Origin: a virus
Taxonomy: Duplodnaviria > Heunggongvirae > Uroviricota > Caudoviricetes
Virus record (IMG/VR): IMGVR_UViG_3300023371_000005
Length of the DNA: 64,000 nucleotides
Reading direction: 5' to 3' (one strand)
Shown: piece by piece, positions 36,503 to 45,679 of the stretch
Position numbering within the stretch: position 1 is the stretch's first letter
How the letters are laid out: each line of letters starts with the position of its first letter
Position numbers and translations under genes: made by a program
The notes under the pieces: generated by a model
Databases searched by the model: none
The model's input: the letters and a program-made list of their open reading frames with translations, nothing else
What the model was told of the DNA's origin: nothing

Positions 36503-37413
36503 TACTTTTCACCACTTTCACTCTTGGCAACCATTGTGATTGCGCCCTCGGGATTATATTCCCAATAGCAGTTATATCGGCACTTACCGGTCTGAGGAGC
36601 AGACTGGATTGCGCTGATAACCTTCTTCATCTGCTCTTCCTTCTTGGGGGAGATATTGCGAGCGATATACTTGACAATCCACAGAGCAGCGATGTTCCAG
36701 TCAGGGAAATACAGGGTTGCACCATTGTCCTTATCGATAGCCTTGACTACCCAGTTATCCTTATTTGCGCCGGTGGTTGCCGCCCACTTCTTTTCACGCT
36801 CCCACTGAATGAATAGGGGATGAACCTTGCTTCCGCGAGGGAAGGGCTTGGGCTGAGAGGGCATGGACAGGATAGTTTCCTTATCCTCCGGCTTACACTT
36901 CTCATAAAGATGCTCAACAACGGTGCAGAGCATCCGAGCGTCTTCCAGAGCATCGTGCTTCTGGACCAGATCCTTTTCATCCTGGACCAGCATATAGACT
37001 TTCCGCAGAGCCAGATCATTCTTGGCAACGAAGAACTGTTTCACAGTAGAAGCATAGTCGATCAAATTACCGGCGAGTGCCTGTGCAAAGATGATAGCCT
37101 TGGGGATGGTCATTTTGCGAGCAGTCGCGTGGAGGAAAGAGCTGTCGCAGTTGCCATAAACATAATACTCGGGAGGCTCTTCATCAAAGTTAGAAACGAC
37201 GAAATCGTAAAAATCCAGAAATGCCTGATCGGCGCTGGGAGCATTTTCCAGCATTTCATTGGTAATGCCAGTCAGCTCGGTGATAAACTTATCAACCTTT
37301 TTCTTACCGGGATGAACCAGAGTTGAGAATGTGCTACCATTTTCGGCTACACAACCAATGCTGATAATGCGGTTAGAGAAACGGGTTGCTTCAAAGTCCA
37401 TGAAAAATTTCAT
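36502..37413 (-). CDS. DEDDh 3'-5' exonuclease (DnaQ-like) with C-terminal extension
   Basis: FMDFEATRF (Exo I) ... HDALEDARM (Exo III). Confidence 0.7.
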   Translation of the reverse strand: MKFFMDFEATRFSNRIISIGCVAENGSTFSTLVHPGKKKVDKFITELTGITNEMLENAPSADQAFLDFYDFVVSNFDEEPPEYYVYGNCDSSFLHATARKMTIPKAIIFAQALAGNLIDYASTVKQFFVAKNDLALRKVYMLVQDEKDLVQKHDALEDARMLCTVVEHLYEKCKPEDKETILSMPSQPKPFPRGSKVHPLFIQWEREKKWAATTGANKDNWVVKAIDKDNGATLYFPDWNIAALWIVKYIARNISPKKEEQMKKVISAIQSAPQTGKCRYNCYWEYNPEGAITMVAKSESGEK

Positions 37414-37452
37414 TTTTTATCAATTCCTTTCTTTTCTTACCTTTGTATATAT

Positions 37453-37481
37453 ATTATATCATATTTTTTTATAAAAATCAA
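37453..37481 (-). promoter_or_regulatory. promoter TTGATT-17-TATAAT (minus)
   Basis: Motif. Confidence 0.6.
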
Positions 37482-37496
37482 AAAGAAGGTTTTTGG

Positions 37497-37566
37497 TTAG
37501 AAAATTTCTAAATCGCTTTTAGATTTGGGGTGTCGGTTGTCTCAGTGTCAGCGGCCGGAGCAGATA
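37497..37566. repeat. about 65-nt GC-rich element between terminator and promoter; related copy at 63936..64000
   Basis: Shared core aaaatttctaaatc(g/a)ctttt followed by a GC-rich tail. Confidence 0.4.
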
Positions 37567-37574
37567 AAAGAAAA

Positions 37575-37594
37575 ATGGCTCCCGAAGGAGCCAT
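37575..37594 (-). terminator. hairpin terminator
   Basis: Stem atggctcc-cgaa-ggagccat. Confidence 0.6.
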
Positions 37595-37597
37595 TTA

Positions 37598-37957
37598 TTA
37601 TCCAAAAATCTTATTGAAATAATTACCAATCATTTCCTCGGTAATGCCCATTGCATAAGGCTTTGCGACAATTTGACCGTTTTCATATATGGCACCATAA
37701 ATTGCGCCGTCCTTATAAATCTGGTAAGGGGTTAGATAACCACCATGTCCAGCAGTTTCAATATAGAGTACAACTCTGGTATTGATATCATACACGACAT
37801 AATTGCCATATTCAATTTCCTCAATTATGGCAAAACGATTATCAATAACTTCAACCTCTGCGCCATCAACAACTTGAGTGGCAGAACAAGCAGCCAAAGT
37901 GCCAATACAGAGTACGATAATCAAAATTATCAGCCAACAAATAGTATATCTTTTCAT
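37598..37957 (-). CDS. lipoprotein
   Basis: Signal peptide plus LAAC lipobox. Confidence 0.5.
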   Translation of the reverse strand: MKRYTICWLIILIIVLCIGTLAACSATQVVDGAEVEVIDNRFAIIEEIEYGNYVVYDINTRVVLYIETAGHGGYLTPYQIYKDGAIYGAIYENGQIVAKPYAMGITEEMIGNYFNKIFG

Positions 37958-38034
37958 GTTATCTCCTTATCCTGCGCAGGCGGCCATCAAAACTAGGCCG
38001 ATAAAAATCCACGGAATTATTGCCCACCATTCCA

Positions 38035-38940
38035 TTATGCCATAGCCTCCCTCAGCATTCTCGCACGAGCGGGATGCCGCAACTTGCGAATTGCCTTATT
38101 TTCGATCTGACGAATACGTTCCTTGGTAATGCCGTAGACCTTACCAACTTCTTCTAGGGTCATTGCCTTCTCGTGGTCAATGCCGAAACGCATCTTCATA
38201 ATCTCACCTTCACGAGTGGGAAGAGTATCCAGAACCGCACGGACAATCTGGCTGTTAGCTTCCTTGACAAGGTTGCCGTAGCCACTTTCAGCATTATGGT
38301 CTGCTACCAGGTCACCAACACTGGTTTCACCGTCTTCATCAACGGCCACATCCAGAGAAGATACTGCCTGAGAAATGTCCAGAATGGTCTGAACCTTTTC
38401 CAAATCTTCATTCAGATACTTGGCGATTTCTTCATCGGTCGGCTGACGATGATTTTTCAGAAGTAGTTCATTGGTTGCCTTGCGGATTTTGCCCAGAAGC
38501 TCAACCATATTTGCGGGAATGCGAATGGTGCGAGACTGGTCACCGAGCGCACGAGAAATAGACTGGCGAATCCAGTAGGTAGCATAGGTAGAGAATCTCC
38601 AACCCTTAGTACCATCATACTTCTGAGCGGCCTTTATCAGACCGAGATTGCCCTCCTGGATGAGATCAAGCAGGGGCAGACCGCAACCATAATATCTCTT
38701 TGCGATGGGAACAACCAGAAGTAGATTACAGCTTACCAGTTCATTGATTGCGTCCTGGTCGCCCTTGAGCGCCTTTACGCTCAATTCTTTCTCCTGGTCA
38801 AAATTCAAACGGGGGTGATTACCGATAGACTTCAGATAGGCTTTTACACCATCGAGGACTACCACATCGGCAACAGTAGCCTCGAAATCATTGAGAGCTT
38901 CCTGGGCCTCATCTTCCATAATAATTACATTTTCTTCCAT
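38035..38940 (-). CDS. phage-encoded sigma-70 family sigma factor (regions 1.2 to 4)
   Basis: Region 2 LIQEGNLGLIKAAQKYD...TYATYWIRQSI; region 4 EEVGKVYGITKERIRQIENKAIRKLRH. Confidence 0.85.
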   Translation of the reverse strand: MEENVIIMEDEAQEALNDFEATVADVVVLDGVKAYLKSIGNHPRLNFDQEKELSVKALKGDQDAINELVSCNLLLVVPIAKRYYGCGLPLLDLIQEGNLGLIKAAQKYDGTKGWRFSTYATYWIRQSISRALGDQSRTIRIPANMVELLGKIRKATNELLLKNHRQPTDEEIAKYLNEDLEKVQTILDISQAVSSLDVAVDEDGETSVGDLVADHNAESGYGNLVKEANSQIVRAVLDTLPTREGEIMKMRFGIDHEKAMTLEEVGKVYGITKERIRQIENKAIRKLRHPARARMLREAMA

Positions 38941-38978
38941 TATTATGCTCCTCCCTTACTTTCTCATTTTCTATATAT

Positions 38979-39007
38979 ATTATATCATATTTTTTTATAA
39001 AAATCAA
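38979..39007 (-). promoter_or_regulatory. promoter TTGATT-17-TATAAT (minus) for the sigma-factor gene
   Basis: Motif. Confidence 0.6.
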
Positions 39008-39009
39008 AT

Positions 39010-39034
39010 AAGCCCTTCCGAATGGGAAGGGCTT
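39010..39034 (-). terminator. hairpin terminator
   Basis: Stem aagcccttcc-gaat-gggaagggctt. Confidence 0.6.
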
Positions 39035-39049
39035 ATATTTTATCGGGAC

Positions 39050-39604
39050 TTAGCCTTTTGCGGAAGTGTCAATGGTGAGAAGCATCAAAGGCTTACCATC
39101 AAAAGAAATCCAGGGAGCAACTTCAACTTCAACAATAGGATTATCGCTTCGCAAAGCGAAGGAAGTCATAACTTCAATGGTAGCACCAGGACGAATCTCA
39201 GTCATAGCATGATCATACTGCTTTGCAATGTCATCATCTAAAATCAAAATTGCAGGATCTAGACCAATACCATCCTGGAAAGCACTGACGCCATAAGTAG
39301 TAGCGAACATGGTGGTCTCTTCAGTGGTGTTAGTCCAAATTAGATATACGACCAGAGCAGGATTGCCTTCATAGTCTTCAACGATATCAAAACCGGTAAT
39401 GTCAAAGTCCAGAATCGGTGCTTCGGGAGAAGGAATGAACTCATTGGTTGTTTCGAGCGGCAGAGTAGTTTCTACAACCTCAACATACTCAGTAGTAGGC
39501 GGAGCAGTCATGGTTTCAGTTACGGTGATCGTTTCATCACCGCCGCAGGCAACCAGAGAGAATACCATACACAGGGCCAGGATAAATGCGAAAATCTTTT
39601 TCAT
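39050..39604 (-). CDS. lipoprotein (paralog A)
   Basis: MKKIFAFILALCMVFSLVACGG. Confidence 0.55.
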   Translation of the reverse strand: MKKIFAFILALCMVFSLVACGGDETITVTETMTAPPTTEYVEVVETTLPLETTNEFIPSPEAPILDFDITGFDIVEDYEGNPALVVYLIWTNTTEETTMFATTYGVSAFQDGIGLDPAILILDDDIAKQYDHAMTEIRPGATIEVMTSFALRSDNPIVEVEVAPWISFDGKPLMLLTIDTSAKG

Positions 39605-39622
39605 ATCTTTTACCTCTTTTAT

Positions 39623-39895
39623 TTATTCAGTGACATCCTGGAAGCCACGCTCCCATTCAGCCATAGTTTTATCATATTCAGCGAAAATTTCTGTCTTGGT
39701 TCGCTTTAGCGCTTTACGAGCTTCCAACCAATAGCCAAGCTGAGTCCAGGCATTATAAGAATCACAGCCAAAAGCCATCGCAGCGATTACTACGGCCCAG
39801 TATTCTGCGCGCGTCCACTGGGCGACTGCACATACAGCCATCAGAATTGCGAGCAGTGCCCACAGAATTGCAAAAATCAGATTGCGAGTTTTCAT
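39623..39895 (-). CDS. two-TM membrane protein
   Basis: Hydrophobic ORF. Confidence 0.4.
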   Translation of the reverse strand: MKTRNLIFAILWALLAILMAVCAVAQWTRAEYWAVVIAAMAFGCDSYNAWTQLGYWLEARKALKRTKTEIFAEYDKTMAEWERGFQDVTE

Positions 39896-39907
39896 TTCAT
39901 TTCCTCC

Positions 39908-40294
39908 TTAGAAACATTTATCACAAGAGTCATATCCTGCGGCGATTGTTTCAGATAAAAGCATGGGGATATCTCCCCAACGGCAAGATTCAGTATGGTA
40001 TTTTTCTCCAGATTTAGTGACATATACAATAGGGTCAATTACCTCTTCCTGATCCTCAGGAGGGAAAGTCTCTTCATCGGGAATTGTCGCCTCGGGAGAG
40101 GGAACAAATCCAACTGTTTCTTCTGTCGGAGCTTCTGTTATGGGAGGTAAAGTCTCTTCTACTACAGGTTCAGTAACCGCATATGCGATAGCTTCTGTTT
40201 CAGTCGGCTCAATTTCGATCTCAGGCTCGCCGCCGCAAGCAACCAGACTGAAAATCATACATAGCGCGAGGATAAAAGCGAAAATCTTTTTCAT
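39908..40294 (-). CDS. lipoprotein (paralog B) with C-terminal KYHxxxC...CDKC motif
   Basis: Signal peptide almost identical to paralog A. Confidence 0.55.
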   Translation of the reverse strand: MKKIFAFILALCMIFSLVACGGEPEIEIEPTETEAIAYAVTEPVVEETLPPITEAPTEETVGFVPSPEATIPDEETFPPEDQEEVIDPIVYVTKSGEKYHTESCRWGDIPMLLSETIAAGYDSCDKCF

Positions 40295-40687
40295 TTACTC
40301 ATCTACTCCTTCTGGAAATGTATAGTCTTCGGGGTGAATAGGTTCACCTTCGGGAATACCTTTATGTAATGTTTCATTATAGACGAGGGAGTATTTCACA
40401 CTACCATCATCATATTCGTGAGTAATTAGGTAACAACGAATAGTGCTACCTAAATTATCTTTGTATTGTTCGTGTACGCCCCATTCGTCAATCCATCGAG
40501 TTTTACAAGGGCCATATGCTACCCATACATAACGATAACCCCAATTATCGATGGAGCAGTCATATACGATAGCATCAACCGCTTCAGCAGTTGTATTTAC
40601 TACATTTGCGGTCCGTAGTTCACAACCGCATAGAGTCAATAGTAGACAGAGCGCCAGTAGGAGAGTGATTAGTCTTTTCATAATCAC
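40295..40687 (-). CDS. lipoprotein
   Basis: Signal peptide LTLCGC. Confidence 0.5.
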   Translation of the reverse strand: MIMKRLITLLLALCLLLTLCGCELRTANVVNTTAEAVDAIVYDCSIDNWGYRYVWVAYGPCKTRWIDEWGVHEQYKDNLGSTIRCYLITHEYDDGSVKYSLVYNETLHKGIPEGEPIHPEDYTFPEGVDE

Positions 40688-41466
40688 TCACCCACATAAA
40701 TCACGTCGTCAACATACTTGCGGTCCTCGCCTTTGAGAATGGGCATTTCATAGTCAACGCCGATGTCGCGTCTCCATGCGGTGCCACGCTTCCAGCGAGT
40801 GGGGTAATTACCCCAGATAATTCCTTTATCCACTTCCAGCATGGTCTTGATGTTCTGGCAGCACATACCCTGCAGGACAGCATGAGAATAATTTGCCTGA
40901 CCGACCATCTGAATGGAGTTGCGGGTGGCGTCCAACTGGCGCCAATAGACCAAGTTACAGGCTTCTTCCTTGGGAATGTTGAAGCATCGGGAGTCAAACA
41001 TTGCACCTTTTTCAGCGGCTCGAGAATAAGTATCAATCAGCTTGATCTCTTCATCAGTAATGAAGATTGGTTCAGTGCTGTCGATGTGCTTCTGAACTTC
41101 CTCCTGGAAATATTTATTGAAAGCCATGGTTGCCATAGAAGCAGAGATGGAACACATCTTCTGAATTTCATAATCAAACCAGGCGGAGCTGGTGAGTTTC
41201 TGGTAGTCAATCAGCAGGAGAGTGATTTCATCGGACTGCTGATAAGCAAAAACACATCCTTGAATATTTTTCGCTAAATATTCCATAGTTCTTACCATAG
41301 CATTTCCTAATACCTCATCAAAAGGTTTTTGAAATCCTCTGGTAAAAGTATGAAATGCTTTTCCATCTATACGAATTGCCACAGGCATCCGTCTTACGAG
41401 GCGATGTTTAGGCACCGCCTCGTAATAAGTTTTCATTCTATTTCCGAGATCATCATGAACTGCCAT
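40684..41466 (-). CDS. Thg1-like protein (tRNA-His guanylyltransferase family 3'-5' nucleotidyltransferase)
   Basis: N-terminus VAIRIDGKAFHTFTRGFQKPFDE parallels Thg1 VVRLDGKxF..F...KPND; about 260 aa. Confidence 0.6.
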   Translation of the reverse strand: MAVHDDLGNRMKTYYEAVPKHRLVRRMPVAIRIDGKAFHTFTRGFQKPFDEVLGNAMVRTMEYLAKNIQGCVFAYQQSDEITLLLIDYQKLTSSAWFDYEIQKMCSISASMATMAFNKYFQEEVQKHIDSTEPIFITDEEIKLIDTYSRAAEKGAMFDSRCFNIPKEEACNLVYWRQLDATRNSIQMVGQANYSHAVLQGMCCQNIKTMLEVDKGIIWGNYPTRWKRGTAWRRDIGVDYEMPILKGEDRKYVDDVIYVGE

Positions 41467-41479
41467 AATTAATTCTCCT

Positions 41480-42217
41480 TTATAACATAAAACGACTATT
41501 TTCTAATAAATCATCTATTTTAAGTGTAGATAAGTGAGTATAGGGTATTCTAATTAAATTAATCCCATTATCCTTACACCATTTAGTCTTAAAATTATCT
41601 TTTTCAATGGTTTTAAGATAATTTTCTTCTGTATTCCATTCATATCCTGTAAAATAGAAGTGTTGATAACCATCAAATTCAATTACTATATTATAGGTCG
41701 GTAAATAAAAATCAAATCGTGCTTTGGCTTGTGTATCGGGAAATATACAAGTATCAAAGGTTTTTTCTTTTTCAAATTCAATATTATAATATTCTAGCAA
41801 TTCTTGGATTTGATATTCACCTTTAGAGGTACCAATACATCCACAGGAAATGGTTAAACCTCGCTTAATATTTTCTCCATCTTTAATTAAAGAACTATTC
41901 CCACAATCACAATCACAATACCAAAAAGAATGTCTATTTTTTCCTCCTGTAGGATTTGGAGCCTTGCCTGTGACTACCAATTTACCAAATCGTTGCCCCG
42001 TTAAATCTATTACTCGCTTTTGGGCAGATTCTTTTTGCAGACAACCACAACTTAAAGTATGGTTGCGACGAAGATTGTCTCCCGATACGATGGTAGATTT
42101 TCCGCATTCACATTTACATATCCACTGAACAGAACCTTGTGGAGTGCGCTCAGAATGTTCTTTTATAACGGTTAATTTTCCAAAAACCTTTCCAGTTAAA
42201 TCAATTTTTCTTCCCAT
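41480..42217 (-). mobile_element. free-standing homing-endonuclease-like gene (paralog 1): N-terminal Cys-rich zinc-finger repeats plus C-terminal DUF559/Vsr-like PD-(D/E)XK domain
   Basis: Repeats WICKCECG...SCGC twice; C-terminal FDFYLPTYNIVIEFDGYQH. Confidence 0.55.
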
Positions 42218-42318
42218 AACATTTACCTCATTTCGTCATAGTATTTTTTCTCTACTATATATAAGTTTGACGAAATAGAAATTATAATGTTTCGTCCAAA
42301 GAATTGCGGAACTCCGGT

Positions 42319-43065
42319 TCAGCGGTCGGCTGACCTGGCTGCCGCAATCTTCTTACCACCGCGCTTTGCCTTACGCTCAATGGCGCCATCAATAGCCATG
42401 CGGTGAATGGAAGTGATTTTGGAAGAAATGCCGAACTTGTTGAGGAAGGAGTTCAGATGCAGAGGCTCATAGCCGCAAGCATCGGAACAAACATTGGTAT
42501 GGTTGGCACGGAAAGCGCCAGCATGGTCATGACCGTGGAAGTTCCACAGCCAGGGAATATCAACGGGTTCGTGGGTCAGAATAATCTTCTCACCGATAAT
42601 CAGAGCGCCCTCATAGACCTCGTCAAAGAGGCAGTTATCGGCATGAGCCACCCATCTCTGGAAAGGAGCATGGAACTCCCACTGCTCAGTAACCCAGATC
42701 TTCCAACCGGGATACTTCTTAGTCATATCGACAACAACCTCGTCCTGAGTCCACTCGTCCTGATCGTAGATTTCTTCGACGATCTTACGCTCATAGTTAG
42801 TGCGGCCCACATCATGATTGCCCATGACTAGAACCTTATAACCACGGAGCTGGCGCACGCATTCAATATCGCCTACATCACCCAGGAGAATCAAAGTATC
42901 CTTTCTACCAACCTTGGAATTGATCTTGGCGATATGTTCGGCGTCAGAAGGACGCTTCTTGATGCTCTTGGCGAGATCCTTATCACCGAAGTGAGGATCG
43001 GAATACATCCAGACGGTGTTCTTACACCAATGCTGGAACTGAGGATAAATTCCGGGAATAGCCAT
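42319..43065 (-). CDS. calcineurin-like metallophosphoesterase
   Basis: DPHFGD...GDVGD...GNHD. Confidence 0.65.
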   Translation of the reverse strand: MAIPGIYPQFQHWCKNTVWMYSDPHFGDKDLAKSIKKRPSDAEHIAKINSKVGRKDTLILLGDVGDIECVRQLRGYKVLVMGNHDVGRTNYERKIVEEIYDQDEWTQDEVVVDMTKKYPGWKIWVTEQWEFHAPFQRWVAHADNCLFDEVYEGALIIGEKIILTHEPVDIPWLWNFHGHDHAGAFRANHTNVCSDACGYEPLHLNSFLNKFGISSKITSIHRMAIDGAIERKAKRGGKKIAAARSADR

Positions 43066-43083
43066 AGTATCAAACTCCTTTTC

Positions 43084-43332
43084 TTAGTAGTCTAAACAAT
43101 CAATTGCGAAATGGGCATAACCCAAAAGGAAGGGAATTACCAGTAGATACAGGAAAATGCAATCCGGAGCATTCAGCCAAACGCATAATGCCTGCGGCAG
43201 AAGGAAAATTAAAAAGGCAATTAGTACCGCCATGATGATGAAAAACGATTTTGCCATTGTATGAAAGTAAGGATGATCGTATTTCAGTTTTCTGAACATT
43301 CTACTTACTTCATAAGGATTTATTTTTTTCAT
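43084..43332 (-). CDS. membrane protein
   Basis: Hydrophobic ORF. Confidence 0.35.
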   Translation of the reverse strand: MKKINPYEVSRMFRKLKYDHPYFHTMAKSFFIIMAVLIAFLIFLLPQALCVWLNAPDCIFLYLLVIPFLLGYAHFAIDCLDY

Positions 43333-43361
43333 TTCTTTTCCCTCCCTTATCTTACATAAAT

Positions 43362-43390
43362 ATTATATCATATTTTTTTATAAAAATCAA
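43362..43390 (-). promoter_or_regulatory. promoter TTGATT-17-TATAAT (minus)
   Basis: Motif. Confidence 0.6.
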
Positions 43391-43392
43391 TA

Positions 43393-43419
43393 AAGACCCT
43401 ATGGATGCCACAGGGTCTT
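43393..43419 (-). terminator. hairpin terminator
   Basis: Stem aagaccctat-ggatgcc-acagggtctt. Confidence 0.55.
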
Positions 43420-43423
43420 TATC

Positions 43424-43699
43424 TTACCAATAAGGGTCTTCATTGATTGAAGATATTGGTTCTTCTTCGATAGTCTTTTCCATGAGCTTTTCAACAAACT
43501 CAGTCATATGACGGCATTTGTTCTCTTGATAGAACTTGCGTCCTGCTTCAGCGACCGGATACAAGACCGCAACCAATATGCCCCACAATACACCATATCC
43601 CATAAGAGATAAAAATGCAATGCAGACAGTTAGCATTGTAGCCAGGAGCACAGAAATTCCCATGGACTTAATCGTTAGCTTCTTTACTTTTAGCTTCAT
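43424..43699 (-). CDS. membrane protein
   Basis: Hydrophobic ORF. Confidence 0.35.
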   Translation of the reverse strand: MKLKVKKLTIKSMGISVLLATMLTVCIAFLSLMGYGVLWGILVAVLYPVAEAGRKFYQENKCRHMTEFVEKLMEKTIEEEPISSINEDPYW

Positions 43700-44522
43700 T
43701 TTCTAAGTCCCACCATTCCATATAAGGACTCTTGGGCAGCCACCACTCAAGACAGTAAGTTTCTTTGTCGTACCACCGATTCCAGATGTTCTCCAAGTCC
43801 TCATAGTCGTTATAGAACTGTTCTACGCAAGGCCGTTCAATCCGGTCGGCATGATAATGACCAAAGCACCAGCATTTCCAAGTGAAGTTATCCTTCAACT
43901 TATCCATCCAGACTTCCATGGTCTTATCGACCATAGACTGGTCAATGCCGCCGATAAACAAGTCCCGAGGCTCCCAAGAGATAGGACAAGTGTGAGAGAA
44001 TACAAAGTCAAACTCTTTTCCGGTAGTATTGTTCATAATCGCCCGCATTTCAGCTTCAGTAAGCTGTTCATCGGGGAACCAGCCAGGATGTTCCTTTGTA
44101 CCTTCAACCCGCTTCAACCGATACCACTTGTCAACAGAATAAGCACCGCCAACAACCAAGCACTTATGATTGTTGAGAGTGTAGACATTACCATCAACAA
44201 AATACCGAATATTGGGGAAGTCTTTATCTACATAGACTGCGCCATCCACATTGGGATCATATTCTACTTTATAACCCAAGTTTTCAGGCCGCTCTTCATG
44301 ATTACCCCGAACGCAGTAGAAGGTATAGCCATATACGCAGGACAGTTTCTTATATTTTTTATCAGTTTTATTTAACCAAAAATTTAGACCACTATCGCCT
44401 AAAATAATGATTGCAGTTTCAGTGGGAGTAAAATTGGGCATATTCCGATTTATATTACCTGCCCGATTGACTACTCCCATGCCACCGTGACAGTCTCCTG
44501 TAATTATAAAATTTTTTATCAT
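43668..44522 (-). CDS. calcineurin-like metallophosphoesterase
   Basis: GDCHGG...GDSG...GNHEE. Confidence 0.65.
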   Translation of the reverse strand: MIKNFIITGDCHGGMGVVNRAGNINRNMPNFTPTETAIIILGDSGLNFWLNKTDKKYKKLSCVYGYTFYCVRGNHEERPENLGYKVEYDPNVDGAVYVDKDFPNIRYFVDGNVYTLNNHKCLVVGGAYSVDKWYRLKRVEGTKEHPGWFPDEQLTEAEMRAIMNNTTGKEFDFVFSHTCPISWEPRDLFIGGIDQSMVDKTMEVWMDKLKDNFTWKCWCFGHYHADRIERPCVEQFYNDYEDLENIWNRWYDKETYCLEWWLPKSPYMEWWDLENEAKSKEAND

Positions 44523-44526
44523 ATAT

Positions 44527-45250
44527 TACACTCCTAAATCTTGTAAAGTTAAAGTATCTCGTTTTTCATAAGGAATACGAATAAGTTTAATATTATGATT
44601 TTTACAGTATTCATTTTTTAACTTATCACGATACTATCTTTCTTCTAAAGTTTCGGAATTGTCCCATGGAGTATAATCGTTACTATGTTGACGTCCATCA
44701 AATTCTATTAAATGAGACAAGACATTATTACTATCAAAAATAGCAAAATCAAATCGTAGTCTTTTTTTATTTCTTAAATCTGAGAAGCTATATTCTTTAG
44801 CATAGTTAATATTATTTTCTCTTAATAATAATTCAATATTTTCTTCGCCAATAGAACGATTAGCACATCCACAACTTGTTGTATGTAATCTTGTTAGATT
44901 TGAGCCGAATATAGATACTATATTACCGCATTCACATTCACAAATCCACTTACTTTTCCATCCATTTTCTTCTGTGCTAATATAATTATTATCTGGACCT
45001 TTAACGGTAAGTTTTCCATAAACATTTCCCGTTAAATCATTTCTTTGAGCATGACATTTTCCACAACTCATATTTTGTCCAGATTTTATTCCACTATTTA
45101 GATTGCAGCTATTAACACTAGTCAAATTACCGCAAGAACAGCGACAAATCCAATAAATATTATGACCTTTTCCCCGAGGTTTTGTTTCATCTATATATAA
45201 TGGTTGTAGCTATCCTATTGTTTCAATAGAAAAATCTCTTGGTTTTCTTC
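44527..45250 (-). mobile_element. free-standing homing-endonuclease-like gene (paralog 2) with two in-frame TAGs (about 45212 and 44634-44636); TTG start
   Basis: Past TAG 44634 the frame continues into KLIRIPY, matching LIRIPY at the paralog-1 C-terminus. Upstream of TAG 45212 is another WICRCSCGN repeat and an MGRKPRD start, paralleling MGRKIDL in paralog 1. Confidence 0.55.
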
Positions 45251-45336
45251 CCAAATAATCAACTCCTTCTATAATAATTGAAAAAAGTCGGGGTTCAATT
45301 ATTATTCTTTGTCCATATTTTCATTTCTTTATATAT

Positions 45337-45365
45337 ATTATAACATATTTTTTTATAAAAATCAA
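45337..45365 (-). promoter_or_regulatory. promoter TTGATT-17-TATAAT (minus)
   Basis: Motif. Confidence 0.6.
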
Positions 45366-45368
45366 AAA

Positions 45369-45389
45369 AGGGAGCCTTGATGGCTCCCT
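45369..45389 (-). terminator. hairpin terminator
   Basis: Stem agggagcc-ttgat-ggctccct. Confidence 0.6.
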
Positions 45390-45679
45390 TAAATGTATCG
45401 TGGAGGAATAGGATCATCTGATCGCATTTCCTTTAGTTTCTGTGCGCTCGTGGGTTCTTGTTTTGCTCCTTTTGGCATAAAGAACGCATCAAAAATATCC
45501 GCATAGGTAGTTTTTTCTAATGCTTCTCGTGCGGCACGCGCTTCTCGTTTATCTTGGACATAGCAGGCAAGTGCCTGTTTGATAAGGCACTCGCCAGCTT
45601 CATCAGTTAGTTCACATTCATTACCCTTACAGACTGGCACATAACCATGCTGACTGCAACATAGGGGACAATAACTCAT
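45389..45679 (-). CDS. Cys-rich hypothetical protein
   Basis: ORF. Confidence 0.3.
   Translation of the reverse strand: MSYCPLCCSQHGYVPVCKGNECELTDEAGECLIKQALACYVQDKREARAAREALEKTTYADIFDAFFMPKGAKQEPTSAQKLKEMRSDDPIPPRYI

Noticed and set aside
37497-37566. GC-rich element considered as a tRNA or suppressor tRNA (also 63936..64000)
   Set aside because: No T-loop (GTTCGAATC-like) motif, no acceptor or anticodon stem arrangement, and too short or irregular; no tRNA-like sequence was found in any intergenic region of the window.
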